Assembly (NCBI GenBank): GCA_964016885.1
Contig: OZ024743.1
Location: 151,714,001 to 151,778,000 of the forward strand
Length of the DNA stretch: 64,000 nucleotides
Source of the DNA: Eledone cirrhosa
Lineage: Eukaryota
Reading direction: 5' to 3'
Position numbers and translations under genes: made by a program. The notes beneath the pieces were generated by a model. That model saw nothing but the letters and a program-made list of their open reading frames with translations. It did not search any database and was not told where the DNA came from. Numbering within the stretch: the stretch's first letter is position 1; every line of letters starts with the position of its first letter. Below, piece by piece: positions 27,101-40,009 of this stretch.

Positions 27101-27445
27101 TATTCTATTGCATGAAAACAGACAAAACTGAATTGCTTTTCTTTTACTGTCTGAATTCTATACTTTAGAAAGATATAATTTTCAAATGCGTATTAATAAC
27201 TTTCTTTGGGAATTTAGGAATATTTTCTCTCAAAGCTAGCATTTTTTTCAGGAAAATGCTAAAACTAAATAAATGAAATAAATAAAAATCTACATTGATA
27301 TACGTTATCATTGCTAGGGTCAAATCAAATAACAGCATTTTTATTTAATTTTAAAAGCCTTTAAAAATCCGGATATCCAGCATTTGATTTTAACACTGGT
27401 TGATGAACTGTTTTCTTTGATCACTATTTCCTGTTCTTGTAATAG

Positions 27446-27500
<55 letters not shown>

Positions 27501-28136
27501 TCTTTCTCTCTTCTTTACTTCTCTGCAATTTTCTTTATATTTACCTAAAGAATTTATCAGTTTTTTTTCTACTTTCACTTTCACACATCCTTCATCATTT
27601 TTATTTCTCTCTTCCATCAATTTGCCTAAAATTAAATCTTTGTATGTTACCTCCAGTTTCTTTTGATTTTTCTGTCATAAATATGTCTTACCATTTTCCA
27701 CCCTGTCAATTTAAGGTCACTTCCATTCTTCACAAGATTTTAAAATGCAATTCAGCCATAATTTCTAAATCATATTGATTTCTTTTTATACAGGCATATG
27801 CTGGATTTTTATAGCAAAAGATTATATTCATCTGGATGAGGACAGGCATGACTCTGTGGTTAAGAAGTTTTCTTTGCAACCATGTGGTACTGAGTTTGAT
27901 GCTATTGAACAGCACCTTGAGTAAGTGTCTTCTACAATATTCTTGAGCTGATCATGAACTTGTGAATGGAATTTGGTAGAGGGTGAATGTACAAAAGCCT
28001 GTCATAAAAGTTTTTGTAGTATTTGTTCTGCACCCAGTTATAGACACCCCTATGCTACTCTAACTATTAGAAATACAATGAACAAATGATTAGTCCTTTG
28101 GAAACTTGTAACCAACAATGATATTGCCCATTAATT

Positions 28137-28540
28137 CATCATCATCATCATCATCATCATCATTTTACGTCTGCTTTTTCCCTGCTTGCAAGAGTGGGAC
28201 GGGAACTGATTCTGGCTTTATTTCTACAGCTGGATGCCCTTCCTAACACCAACCTCATTTACAGTGAGTGCTGGGTGCTTTTTCGTGGCGCCTACACGTC
28301 CACTTTACAGTGTGGGCTGGGTTCTTTTTTTTTTTTTTGCCGTGGCACCTCCACGACCACTTTGCAGTGGAATGATATGGACCCCAGTCCCTATCATCTC
28401 ATTTCTACAGCTGAGTAAACTGGAGCAATGTGAAATAAAGTGTCTTGCTCAAGGAAACAACACATCACCCGGTCTGAGAATTGAACTCACAACCTTTCGA
28501 TTGCAAAGCCAATGCTCTAACCACTAAGCCATGTGCCTCC
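28137..28540 (-). mobile_element. Full-length tRNA SINE with the RTE-B-derived 3' tail
   Basis: Reverse complement of 32672-33020, carrying one extra hairpin/pseudoknot module. Confidence 0.85.
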
Positions 28541-29183
28541 AACTGCTTAATTGTGATATGAAATTAAAAAAATATACAAATAATTAATTTCATCAATTTA
28601 TTGGCACTTATTTTCTCAAAGAGAAAGAGGAGGGATTTTAACAAACAGGAAATATCAAATCAAATTACATAACATAATGTAGGTGCAGGCATAGCCATGG
28701 GGTTAAGAAGTTTGCTTCACATCCATGTAGCTTAGGTTTTCGATCTCATTGGATGACACCTTGAACCAGTGTCTTAAGCTATATCCTCAGGTTGATCAAT
28801 GTTTTTTTGAGAAAAATACTGTACACAGAACTTCATTGTGTGCATGTGTGAGTGTGTATGCATGTGTGTGTGTGTATATTCATGTTCACACTGCTTAAAC
28901 AGTTGGTGATGTTTGTTTATGAGCAGCAGCTTAACAGTTTGATAAATCAGTATATTAAGTATCATACATAAAAAAAAAGTAAATGTTAATGTCAGGAAAG
29001 GTTGCCAGCTGCAGAACAGTGACTTATAAATGTCTCATCCAACTCATGCTAGCATAGAAAATTGGATGTAAAATTGATGATAATGTGAATAATCTAAGTC
29101 TGATGCTCTGCTAATTGTAACACTTTCATCACCATCATCTTAAAAGTTAAAAATTATATTGAAACACTGTTTTCACACATAAT

Positions 29184-29276
29184 TGTTTCTACTTTAGGCA
29201 CAAGGCCAGCAATTACCCAGTGCATTACTGGTACTTTATTTTATCGACCCCGTAAGGATGAAAGGCAAAGTTAACC
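29184..29276 (-). mobile_element. 5'-truncated Deu/Nin-like SINE
   Basis: Matches the 3' half of 4318-4511 in reverse. An 11-bp TSD TCACACATAAT lies at 29173 and 29277. Confidence 0.8.
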
Positions 29277-29455
29277 TCACACATAATGAGTATTAGTAAG
29301 AGAACCATTGACAGAAACATTCCATGATGACACCCGCAACTACAACTAAGTCTAAGTTACACATAAAAGAAGTTGCTAAGTCAACTCTCCAAAACACATG
29401 AAGCATAACCTATTTTAGAGTACAACTCATATACCTGGTAAAGTGTTGCTGATAT

Positions 29456-29556
29456 GTATGTATGGTCCCATAACTCCTGATAGAGTCATAGGGATGCCGT
29501 ATTGACATACAGCGTTTCTTGGGCATTTTTAAGGCTGGCGGAGCCCATCCCTCTCC
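29456..29556 (-). mobile_element. Short 3'-end retroposon insertion with a (CATA)n-like tail
   Basis: GC-richer 101-bp segment flanked by a perfect 14-bp TSD AGTGTTGCTGATAT (29442-29455 and 29557-29570). Confidence 0.7.
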
Positions 29557-30504
29557 AGTGTTGCTGATATACAGATACATAAATATTCTAGACTACGTCC
29601 CCAAAAGAAGGAATTCAGTTTGTGAAACGTTCATTCACCAACATACGAATCATTTCATTAGGCCTAATAGAGGTCATTTATATAGTTGCTCAACCTGCTA
29701 GAAATAGCATCTAAATTCCCTCAAATTACACCCTACCATCTCAGAAAAAGACACGCTTAATAAGGTGGTCCTGAAATCCTGCACCTAGAAAAAAATATAG
29801 GATGGTCATGACTGGAATGATGTTGATCGTATGTCTACTCAATCAGGTTTGACCTGAAGATAAACAATGACATGCTGAAATTATTCCCAAACCATCAGCA
29901 TACTGTATTCTTCCTCTATCTGTTAAAATGACTGAGGCTCCTTTGAACTAGTAAATTGAGTTCTTATCATTCTTTAAACTAACTAGATGCACCCTCTTTA
30001 CTTAAAGGCTTCATCCAATGTTTCATCACAGTCAACAATGGGCTGGGATTTGAATTTAGTTTGTAAAAGAAAGTAGCTAAACACTGCAAATTATTTGATC
30101 CAGTTCTCTAATATTTTTGCCACTCTACTTACACAAGGTCACATATTTTGGTATGTAAGCCTGTATTGATCCTGGAAGAATGAAGAATAAATTGTTTATT
30201 GCTAGGTCTTCTCTGATTGAGCAGGACATTGAGTAAGAAAACGTTCCTTCTTGTTATAGGATAGGAGTATCTGTCTACATTAACCACTAAGCCATTTTTA
30301 ATAGAGTTGGGTGTGGTTTGAAGGGTATCTGGCTTCTATTTCCCATATAAGTTTAAAAAAACTACAAGGATGCTTTTTTTCATTGGCTCATAGTTGAGTT
30401 CAAAGTTGATGCCAGTTTTGTTGAAATGCAGAATATAAAGGAACATAATTAGATACTAAGCTGTATTTTGAATGGCTTTGCCATTCACAGCTATAATAAT
30501 TTAT

Positions 30505-30720
30505 TTTAATATAAGTGCAAAGCTAGCTAACATGTTCATGGGAAGGGAAAGTCAATTAAATCGATGTTAGTACTTTATTGGAACTTTATTTTATTGGCTC
30601 CAGAAGAATAAAAAAAAACCTGATTTCAGCAGGATTTGAACTCAAAACATAAAGGATTGTAACTAAATGCTACAAAGCATTTTGTCCAATGCTCTAAGAA
30701 TTCTGCCAATCCACCGCCCT
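30505..30720 (-). mobile_element. Older Deu/Nin-like SINE copy
   Basis: ACTTTATTTTATTGGCTCC...GGATTTGAACTC...CTGCCAATCCACCGCCC is the reverse complement of the SINE head and core. Confidence 0.6.
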
Positions 30721-31914
30721 ATTCCGAGTCCTAATGATAGTAATAACAACAATAATAAATGACAATTTTGAAGACATTATGATTGAAGTATTATCAAAGG
30801 AATTTTAAAAAACATCAGAAATATGGAGGGTCGAAAGATACAGAATGTATATTATTTACTGAGTGCGTAATATGAGTTATGAAGTAAAAAAGAAAATGGT
30901 AATTAAAAACAACAGAGAATGTTCATATAATAGAAAAGTGAGCTGGTTATGACACAAAGTAGACTGGACATTTAGAACAATGAACAAGTTCTCTATGTGA
31001 TTAGCAATTAAGGCCTAAATGAATCTAAATTAAGTTTAGCCTTTGACAAGATTATAATTAAGAATATTAAAAGGAAAGTTTACTGCCATATGAATACTAA
31101 AACAGAATAACAATGGTAGAAGCTAAACAAATTCTTAAATAATTTTATCAATGGAAATATATTAAGGTAAATTTCTTTTATTCTTGATGAAAGTAGGATA
31201 TTAAAAAATTTTATATTTTAATTAATTTGTACAATAAATTGAATATTTGATATAGATTATAGGAATTGAAAGGTAATTAATTAGGCTATTCAATACTTTT
31301 TAATTTAATACTTATCGAAATTCTATTTCTCAGAATGTTGGTTAATGCCAGGACTAAAAAGTGCTGTTCGACAGAGTGTATTAACTTCACCTATATTAAT
31401 TTATCAAAATATAGGTGTCATACTTAGTTGATTATTGAGTTCATGGCACCAGAAAGAGAGACTGGATATAAGACTATGGCACCAATATTTCTAGACTGCT
31501 CTATCAAAGGAAGATGGATGAAGAATTATCTAAGACAAAGTTTATTCAATTTGTATTGAGTCAATACAATATATTTTTCCACTGAGGTTGAATTAATATT
31601 TCAACTAGAAAAATATTCTGAATCTTATGTCAACAGAAACAACAAAATTTGTAAATCTAATTTACTTTTGTATGTGCAAGCAGAAACAAAAAAAATATAT
31701 ATTTTAAATTATTCAAAATTTAAAACAGTATTTAAAAATGCACGTTAAATTATTTTCTTTTTAATAATAGCTATGGAACCAATTTTTATTTAATTAATAG
31801 TCATAATAAAATCTTTCATTAATGAAGGCTGGATTCTACTGTTATAGACTATTTTATATCAACATCTAACAGGAAATAGAATTAGTTATCCCCCATTTCA
31901 TTCATAAATAATGA

Positions 31915-32335
31915 AACGGTCAATGGGTGTACCATTAAACTAATACATATATATCTTGAGTTCAAATCATCTTGTAAATGGGAAGTACACTTAATTCTAC
32001 ACATTTCAGTTCACATAGCTGCCGGGAATAGGATCCAGAACATCTGGAAAGCATCCAGAACATCTATTACTACTAATTGATTGGCATCCTTTTCATTGGA
32101 AGATTGTATAGATAACCAAAAAAATTGACTTCTTATTCAGAATTCATAATACTCAACTCAAATTAAGATATATAAAAATAAAAAAAGAGAATAAAAATGT
32201 CTGGAATAAACTTTACCCCCTCAGTTGGACAGCATATCTCTGTGGACAATATGGTGAAAAGATTTACTGGACAAAACAGTCAGCAATGTCTGCAGCATAT
32301 GCCATTTCACATAACTCCATGGCCAAATTCTTTTT
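31915..32335 (+). pseudogene. Possible decayed piggyBac-family transposase fragment
   Basis: Broken frames read GNRIQNIWKA, GRLYR*P and NFTPSVGQHISVDNMVKRFTGQ...LQHMP...W. These resemble, in order, the piggyBac blocks SRNRF..I, DRLYKIRP and YTPG..ISVDESM..FKG...QYMP.KP.KWG. Confidence 0.5.
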
Positions 32336-32671
32336 ACATTTTCTTTATACATGTACAATATTGGATTTTATTATAATGACCCTAAATAAACAAAATATTA
32401 TTTAGTGCCATAGAATCTGAATCAAAACATATGAAGTTTGTACTTTGTTACTAAACTCATGTTTTATAAAACATTCAAAGTTTAAAAAGAAAATAGAGCA
32501 CTTAAAAAAGAACAGTTTATTCAAGAGAGTATCACATATATGTTAAGTTTAATTACTTCTACTGTTATATATGTATCTAGTCAAGTAACTCATGTGAACT
32601 TTTAAGTATTCAATGTCAACAATATCTTTATTAACACAGAGTTCAATAAAATGAAGTAATTGTATCTAGAT

Positions 32672-33020
32672 GGAGGCACATGGCTTAGTGTTTAGAGCAT
32701 TGGTCTTGCAATCGAAAGGTTGTGAGTTCAATTCTCAGACCAGGTGATGTGTTGTTTCCTTGAGCAAGACACTTTATTTCACATTGCTCCAGTTTACTCA
32801 GCTGTAGAAATGAGATGATAGGGACTGGGGTCCATATCATACCACTGCAAAGTGGTCGTGGAGGTGCCACGACAAAAAAGCACCCAGCACTCACTGTAAA
32901 TGAGGTTGGTGTTAGGAAGGGCATCCAGCTGTAGAAATCAAGCCAGCATCAGTTCCCGTCCCACCCTTGCAAGCAGGGAAAAGCGGACGTAAAATGAATG
33001 ATGATGATGATGATGATGAT
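32672..33020 (+). mobile_element. Full-length tRNA-derived SINE with the RTE-B 3' tail
   Basis: A-box TGGCTTAGTG, B-box GAGTTCAATTC, core CCTTGAGCAAGACACTTTATTTCAC, tail CCCGTCCCACCCTTGCAAGCAGGGAAAAGCGGACGTAAAAT(GAT)n, and flanking ATCTAGA repeats. Confidence 0.88.
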
Positions 33021-33064
33021 CTAGAGTTTCCAGATGGCCAAGCACTTTTAAGTACCTTAATAAC

Positions 33065-33425
33065 ACTTGAAAGTCACAGCCAGTCAAGCTCTATCATGGA
33101 GTCTAATTACATCTGGAGGCTATGGATGGGCAAGCTCAATTAAGTAGCAGCAGCCTAATTACATCTGAAGGTGCTACAGTCAATCAAACCTTATTAAGTA
33201 ACCTAGTTACATCAGGAAGTCACAACTGACCAAGCTCTATTAACCTAATTACATCTAGTGGTCAGAGTCAGTTAAGCTCTATAAGTAACCAAATTACATC
33301 TGGAAATCAAAGTCAATGAAGCTTTGTTAAGGAACCTAATTTCATCTGGAAGTCACAAGTGACTAAGCTCAAGTATTCTAATTACAGATCGTCGAGTTCT
33401 ATTAAGGAAGCAAATCACATATGGC
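33065..33425 (+). repeat. Degenerate ~46-bp minisatellite, about 8 copies
   Basis: Recurring unit CTAATTACATCTGGAAGTCACA...CAAGCTCTATTAAGTAAC. Confidence 0.75.
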
Positions 33426-35564
33426 CAAAGTGTTTATAGTTTATTACCTGTACAGTATCACTGGACATATACAACTCGATTCTCAGCAATGTTTTGCATA
33501 AATAACACAAGAAAATGTAGTTCATTCTTTTCCTTGCATTCCACTCCTGAACTGAAACTTTTATGATTTCAGTATAGATAAAGAAATTTACAGGGAAACT
33601 GTCACTGGCACATTGGATTAAGACAGCCTATACTCTATCTGTTAGCAATCATGATAGCCATTTAGTCACCACAAAATACAAGAAGATGGTTTATCAGATA
33701 TGTACAGAATAATTGATAATTTAGAAGCTAGTTAGGGGCATAATTAATGTTTTCAATATATTTTTGAATAATGCATTTTATTTTACTGTTTGGTGAGATT
33801 GAAAATAAGATAGAGAGATTGGGTTTCTTTCAAATAAATTAGTATCACATTAAAAAGAAATTCATCTACTTCATCTTATTCCAAGTGATACACATGCTTA
33901 GAAAAGATTTCAACTAATAGATGAATAGCATACTCAGGAGGGCTCCGATAACATAATACATTGAAGGGCAGAAGTCATAAGAAAACACAAAGATGGACTT
34001 AGAAATAAACCCAACAGAAAACTATATTATTAAACAATTAAATTGAAAACTGAGCACTGATTGATTAGCGTCCAAGAAAATAATTCTAAGATTTGTAAAG
34101 ATGATATTACTTTGAACAAGGAGACTATCAAATTCAACTACCTTGAATACAAACCAATTACACTGAAAGTGAGCTAAAAGGAAGTGCTTTTTAGAAGATA
34201 AATTATCCATTTTAAATAGAATATCAACAAATCCATTGTCATTAGTAATAACACAACAAAAATGAAGGGTAAAGAAACCAATACTCAAACATATGCTAAT
34301 GCTTTTCAATCTTATTGTTTAAAATACTAAAAAGAGGATACAAAATACTATAATAGAATCTTTAATTTTTGTTTAGTGAAGACTTTTTGTCAGCAATCTG
34401 AAGGGTAAAAGGCACTTTTACTAGATAAAAGAAAAAGAGGATAATTTATGGTATAACAATACAAAATGTTTTCAAAAATATAGAAAACAAACAAAAACTC
34501 CAAAAGAAAGGAAAAACAAGAAAGCATTCAAGTTTGTTTTGAAGAAAATATGAACATCAATTATGTGAGAAAATTCAAAAGCATATTTAAAAGGTAAAAT
34601 TAACACTATTTGAAACAAATATATAAATTCTTATGTCAATCTTTCATTTCTTGGCTACACAGTGCAAAGAGCAGCTTTTCATTAGCAGGCACATCTGACA
34701 ATTCTGTCAAAGCTTTCACTGAGTTGTTTTGTAATTTCCCTAAATCTTTTTATTTTATTTTGCCTCCATTTAAAGAAGTACTTTTCTAAGAAACAAATAC
34801 TGAGGTGTCAATATGAACAAGTGATTAAATTCAAGATTTTGAAACAACTAAACTAAGTTGACTTCTAAACTGTCATAGAGATGATAATTTATTATTCTGT
34901 TTAATGGTAATTTGCAAAGCAAAACTAAGACAAAGGAGATAAAATAGAATTTTTTCTTTCTGTTTTTGTAAAATCAATGGCTTAAATCTGAACTAACAGT
35001 ATAATATGAAATATCCTTTACAACAATGTTTTAAACAATGGCTGGATATAATTTTTGAAATAGAAGATATGACAGGAAGCCTACTGCAAGCCATAAATAC
35101 TGATCTGACAAAATAAACAAATAATCAGTGAACTATTGTTCTGTTAAATATTAAATATATATTTAAACCCAAGGAAAGAGTGTGTGTGTGTGTGTGGGGG
35201 GGGGGTATTTTGTAACATTTCTGGAAAGCATGAATTAAAGCAACATTTTTCAAAAGGCACATCACCAAACTGAACATTAAATAAGTGTGGTTAATCAAAC
35301 TTGTAGAGTTAACTGAAGAATGCTATACAGAGTTGAGTTCAAATCTCATTGATGTTAACCTTGCCTTATATTCATCCAGAATAAATAAAATAAGTACCAG
35401 TAAACTACAGAAGTCAAATCAACTGCTTGATTCCCTTGAAAATAGTGACCTTTTGCCAAACCCTGTTCAAAGCAAATTTATAACATCAAGTTAATCCATC
35501 AAATATTTTAGGACAACATTTATATTCAGCTCTAAAAACAGGTAGATATACAAAACATTATCTT

Positions 35565-35709
35565 GCTTGGGGATCCAGCCAGATTAGTTGGAAATAGTTA
35601 CTTTTAACAGGGCCTGCTGAAAGGAGTATTTGAGGACAGTGCCCCCACAACCCCCTCGGGAATAAGTGGGAGAAGAAGAAGAAGAAGAAGAAGAAGAAGA
35701 AGAAGAAGA
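35565..35709 (+). mobile_element. 3' tip of a Rex3/Expander-like RTE with a (GAA)n tail
   Basis: Homologous to 56320-56445 (GGGATCCAGCCAGAT...TGCCCCCAC.ACCC..C..GAAT.AAGTGG(GAA)n). A further tip lies at about 10050-10120. Confidence 0.65.
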
Positions 35710-38085
35710 CATTATTTAAAACAAATATGTTTATAATATTTCTGTTGTTTTCACTAGTAGGTTTTAAAAACCAAATCCACTCTAATTTGCATCATCCATG
35801 TTGTCTAAACATTTTAATCCACTGATCTTATTGCAGTTTTTTAGATTTTGAACACCCCTAAAGGGAGTTTTGCCTGCTAATTGCAGCTGATTGAGATTTT
35901 TCAAATCCCTATATTATATATAAGTACTACTTTTCATCTCTAAAAACAGAAAAATGCTTTTCATGTTTGAGCAGTTTTTGATTTTCTACAAGGCACAAAT
36001 GTACACTTCATCATAGAATAGTTCTATGAGGATGAATATTTTTTTATGATTGCTCATATTCAGATTAGAGCTATCTGACTAACTTTGCCTGTTGTTTTTC
36101 TATATCTTCAAAAGTCATAATGGATGTTGATATTCATAATTTACTTGCTGCATTATACCTTAAATTAAATTCATGCAACTCATTACTTATTTGCTGCACA
36201 CACACACTATTAGTATCCAAATCTAAAATAAACCATTACCATGCAGTATTTCATTGTGAGGATGACCAGCTTATAGAACACCCCTCTATCCCATATATAT
36301 ATAGTTGCATAAAACTTAACTTTTTCAAACTTCAAATGAATCCTGTTCCTATTAATGATAAGAGAGAGAGTCATACGAAACAGTGAGAACTATCCTCATG
36401 TTTCAGTCACACTCATCATAAACATTTTATTTCAAATAATCCTGAACTGAAAAATAAAAGCTATCTTTTATCTGAAACTAATATTGATTGTGGAACATCT
36501 GAAAATTTATAAATTAGTTTAGTTTATTTAAGTAAATGCCATTACAAATCTAATCTTTTATTGACCACATTTATTGGTTAGATGGCCAAAGACAATATTG
36601 CTATATCAAAGTGAAAGTGATATAAAGGTAATTAAATTAAAAAGCCATTTGAAGTAATATTTGATGTGATAAATTTCTCAAATTATGAAAGCAAATACAA
36701 TAAAAAATCTAATTTGTTTCACTATTGGTGTTAGAAAAAAAAATCAAAAAGATAAAATTAAAAGAACTTTGAAATATTTCTATAATGTAAAAGAATATTG
36801 ACTATAATTGCTACATATGGATATGATCATAATCATTATCATAATCATAATAGAGCTTCTATGTGGTCACTTGACCTGCTAGAAATAGCAACCAAATATA
36901 AAAATCCTACCAAAATTTTAAGATATAAGGAAAGACACACTCAACAATGTAGTACTGGATATATAAAAAGACAAGATTATAATGGCTGGAATGCTTTCAG
37001 TCATTGGTCTGAGGGATTAGGGCTGATCTGGTGCTAAACAACAATAACAATCATCATAATTGCCTTTATGTCTATTTTGTCTATTGTTATATGAGCTGGA
37101 CTGGTCTTTAATACAGCCTATCAAAATATTTCTTGATTGATTTAATTTTATTCCTGAAGACCTCTACACATCTTTTATCTATTACACTCACATCTTTCAT
37201 AATGATTGTGCTGTTCTTTTCTTGACTGTAACCATGCTAAGGCACCACATTCAAGGGTTTAGTTAATAATATGAAGCCCACTATATATTTAAGTCTGGCA
37301 CTTATTTTAGCAATTGTTATTTGCCAAATTGCGAGGTTTGGGGATATATACAACAAAACCAATTTTAAACAAAGTAAAACACACACATATTCATATATGA
37401 CAGGCATTTGTACAGTCTCAACACACAGAAGGCATTGGTCAATTTGAGATTATAGTAAAAGACAATTGTCCAAGGTGCCATGTAGTAGGTATGAACCTGA
37501 AACCATACAGTTGCAAAGTAAGCTTTTTATTCCCACAGACGAGCTTGAACCTCAAAAATTAATCATGTAAGGTTTTCATAATACCTGAACTCAGACCATT
37601 GGATTTGGAGTCCAAAATGCTAAACATTAGAGCAGAGAACCTCCTTTTCTACAATATTTTCCACTGACAATTTGAAGCACATCTGTAATTCAGTAGATCC
37701 ATACCAGTTCAACTATTTCTTCCATATTATAAACCATAATACATTTATATAGAGAGATATGTGAGTTAAGCTTAGTCGTCCGGTCGACTACCCGCATTCC
37801 ATAGGCTTGCTCAATCAGAATTGATATGGAGCTACACAACAGCAATAATACATTTAATGTCCATCCCCCTTTCCAAATCACTTGCACTTAGCTTTTCATT
37901 TAAGCTAATGTTATACATGTAACAAAGCATTCCTAGTTCCTTCTACTTTTATCACTGCAGATTTTACACAGTAATAACACACACTTCACTGACATGCAGC
38001 ACTATGCTTCTTACACATGCCTCATAAAGTCTGTCCTTTGCATACACACACACCATACACAAACATATGTACACTCACAAATGCA

Positions 38086-38165
<80 letters not shown>

Positions 38166-39567
38166 TCCCTTATCACCAAAAGACTTAACAGAAGCTTATG
38201 TTTCTTCTACATAACTCTAATGATTTCATCTAGATATGAAAACTTATCTACTATTTCCAGCAAGCCATTTGGACATGCCACAAAATTTCTGGTTCATAGT
38301 CAGAGAACCAATAGAACTACTTAATGTATCTATTGATTTTACATTCAGAACATAATGTTCAGCTTCTATTAAATCCCTACAAAGTAAAGTCTCTTCTCAG
38401 GTAGAACTGGGATATTGTACTATCTCTTACAGATTAATACATCAGGTTTTGACAAGTTAACTTTTACCTTCTTTTAAATCTAAATGTAATTATAAAGGTC
38501 AGCTGAAAAGTGCATTGGCTGACTATGAAGAAGTAATGCTAGTACTGTGAAATCTTGCAAGCATAAATTTCCACTCTTCTTATTAATAAATGCATTGTTT
38601 CTTTCCAGGGACTATGTTGAAAAATAAACCTCACTTGGTCATTCCATGAGAGTGTCTTGGTCTGCCTATGAACTTTTCATCCAACCTTGAATAATATATT
38701 GTAAAGATTAAAGCTACAAGCAAATCCTCTTTGTACACCCTTGACTTGCTATAAATAGCAGCTAAATCTGCCTCAAATAACACAACCCTACTGTTTCAAA
38801 TAACAAAAAACATTAAATTATGCTTGAGAAAAACGATGGGATAACCACTGGTCTTATTTCTATTGCTCCGAGAAATAAGAGCAGTACCCATGACATTTCC
38901 AGGGCCTCTGAGACTTATTGGAGAGAATGATGAAAGTATCCTCAAATTACAGACTCTGCCAGAATGTTTGCAACAGTGGGAACTCTGCTGAAACAAGCCA
39001 AGGGTTATGTGATTGGGTTAAACCAGGTGACAAACTAATCTATCATTTGCTTGATCAGGTCTGACCGGGGGATAAATAGCAACAGTTATAGCATACAAAA
39101 ATATTTAAGGAATTACATAGTAATTAAAGTAATATGAGTATATATAAGATTGTTGTGTAAAACTTCATTATCTCCCCCCACACACACACACACACTCGCA
39201 CACACTTCTATTGCCTGTTTTGGGTAAAAATATGTTTTGAAATAAATAAGATAATTTTCATTTACAAAAACAACAGGAAAATAATTATAAGTCCTAACTA
39301 TTCAAAATATTTGACCCTTGAATAGTTCATCTGTCAAAGATCAGGTGACCTTCATTTACTGTCAGAATATAAAATTTCAACCTATTAAAATAGACAGTCC
39401 CCTTATATGTAATCGAAATAAACAAATCAAATATAATATCAAGACTCCATTTCACTTAGTTGACATAAACATTTATTTTTAGCTGCTCAGTCTAAAACAC
39501 ATTACAAACATTTTAGCACTGTCCCACTGTATAATTCTTAATTTATCTAGCAAAACCTATATATATA

Positions 39568-40009
39568 TATAAGAATAACATTAAGAAAGATGCTGATGTC
39601 ACATAAATCGTTTATTCATAATAATTATTTCAACGGTTCTCCCATGCAATCCAATATGTAAGTCATGCATTTGTTGTTGTTAGAGAACAGTATCTTCAGA
39701 TGAAATTTGATTTTGTGATATACCACAGGCAGAAAAACATGTCCTTCTGTTTGTGCGCACGGCAGACATATAAGTTGCTAAAAGGGTCCTTTTTTTAGGA
39801 ACTGATATGTCTGCCAGGTGTACGAACAGAAGGACGTGCTTTTCTGTCTGTGGCATATTACAAAATCAAATTTCACCTGAAGATACTGTTCTCATAACAA
39901 CAACAAATGCATAAATTAGATCTTGGATTGCATGGGAGAACCGTTGAAATAATTATTATGAATAAACGATTTATGTAACATCAGAATCTTTCTTAATGTT
40001 ATTCCTATA
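39568..40009. repeat. ~440-bp fold-back palindrome (arms ~215 bp, roughly 90% complementary by eye)
   Basis: TATAAGAATAACATTAAGAAAGA...GGCAGACATAT pairs with ATATGTCTGCC...TCTTTCTTAATGTTATTCCTATA. The left edge abuts (TA)n. Confidence 0.9.

Noticed and set aside
32217-32381. Apparent minus-strand exon bounded by TTTATTTAG and GTAAAG
   Set aside because: All three frames contain stops, and the plus strand is better explained as a piggyBac-like remnant.
32672-32745. tRNA-like sequences at SINE 5' ends
   Set aside because: A and B boxes are present, but the acceptor and anticodon stems are broken and each is fused to a SINE body, so they are not called as tRNA genes.
33065-33425. CRISPR-like appearance of the 46-bp array, and of the 49-bp array at 2990-3500
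   Set aside because: The intervening segments are homologous to each other rather than unique spacers, the context is eukaryotic, and no cas genes are present.
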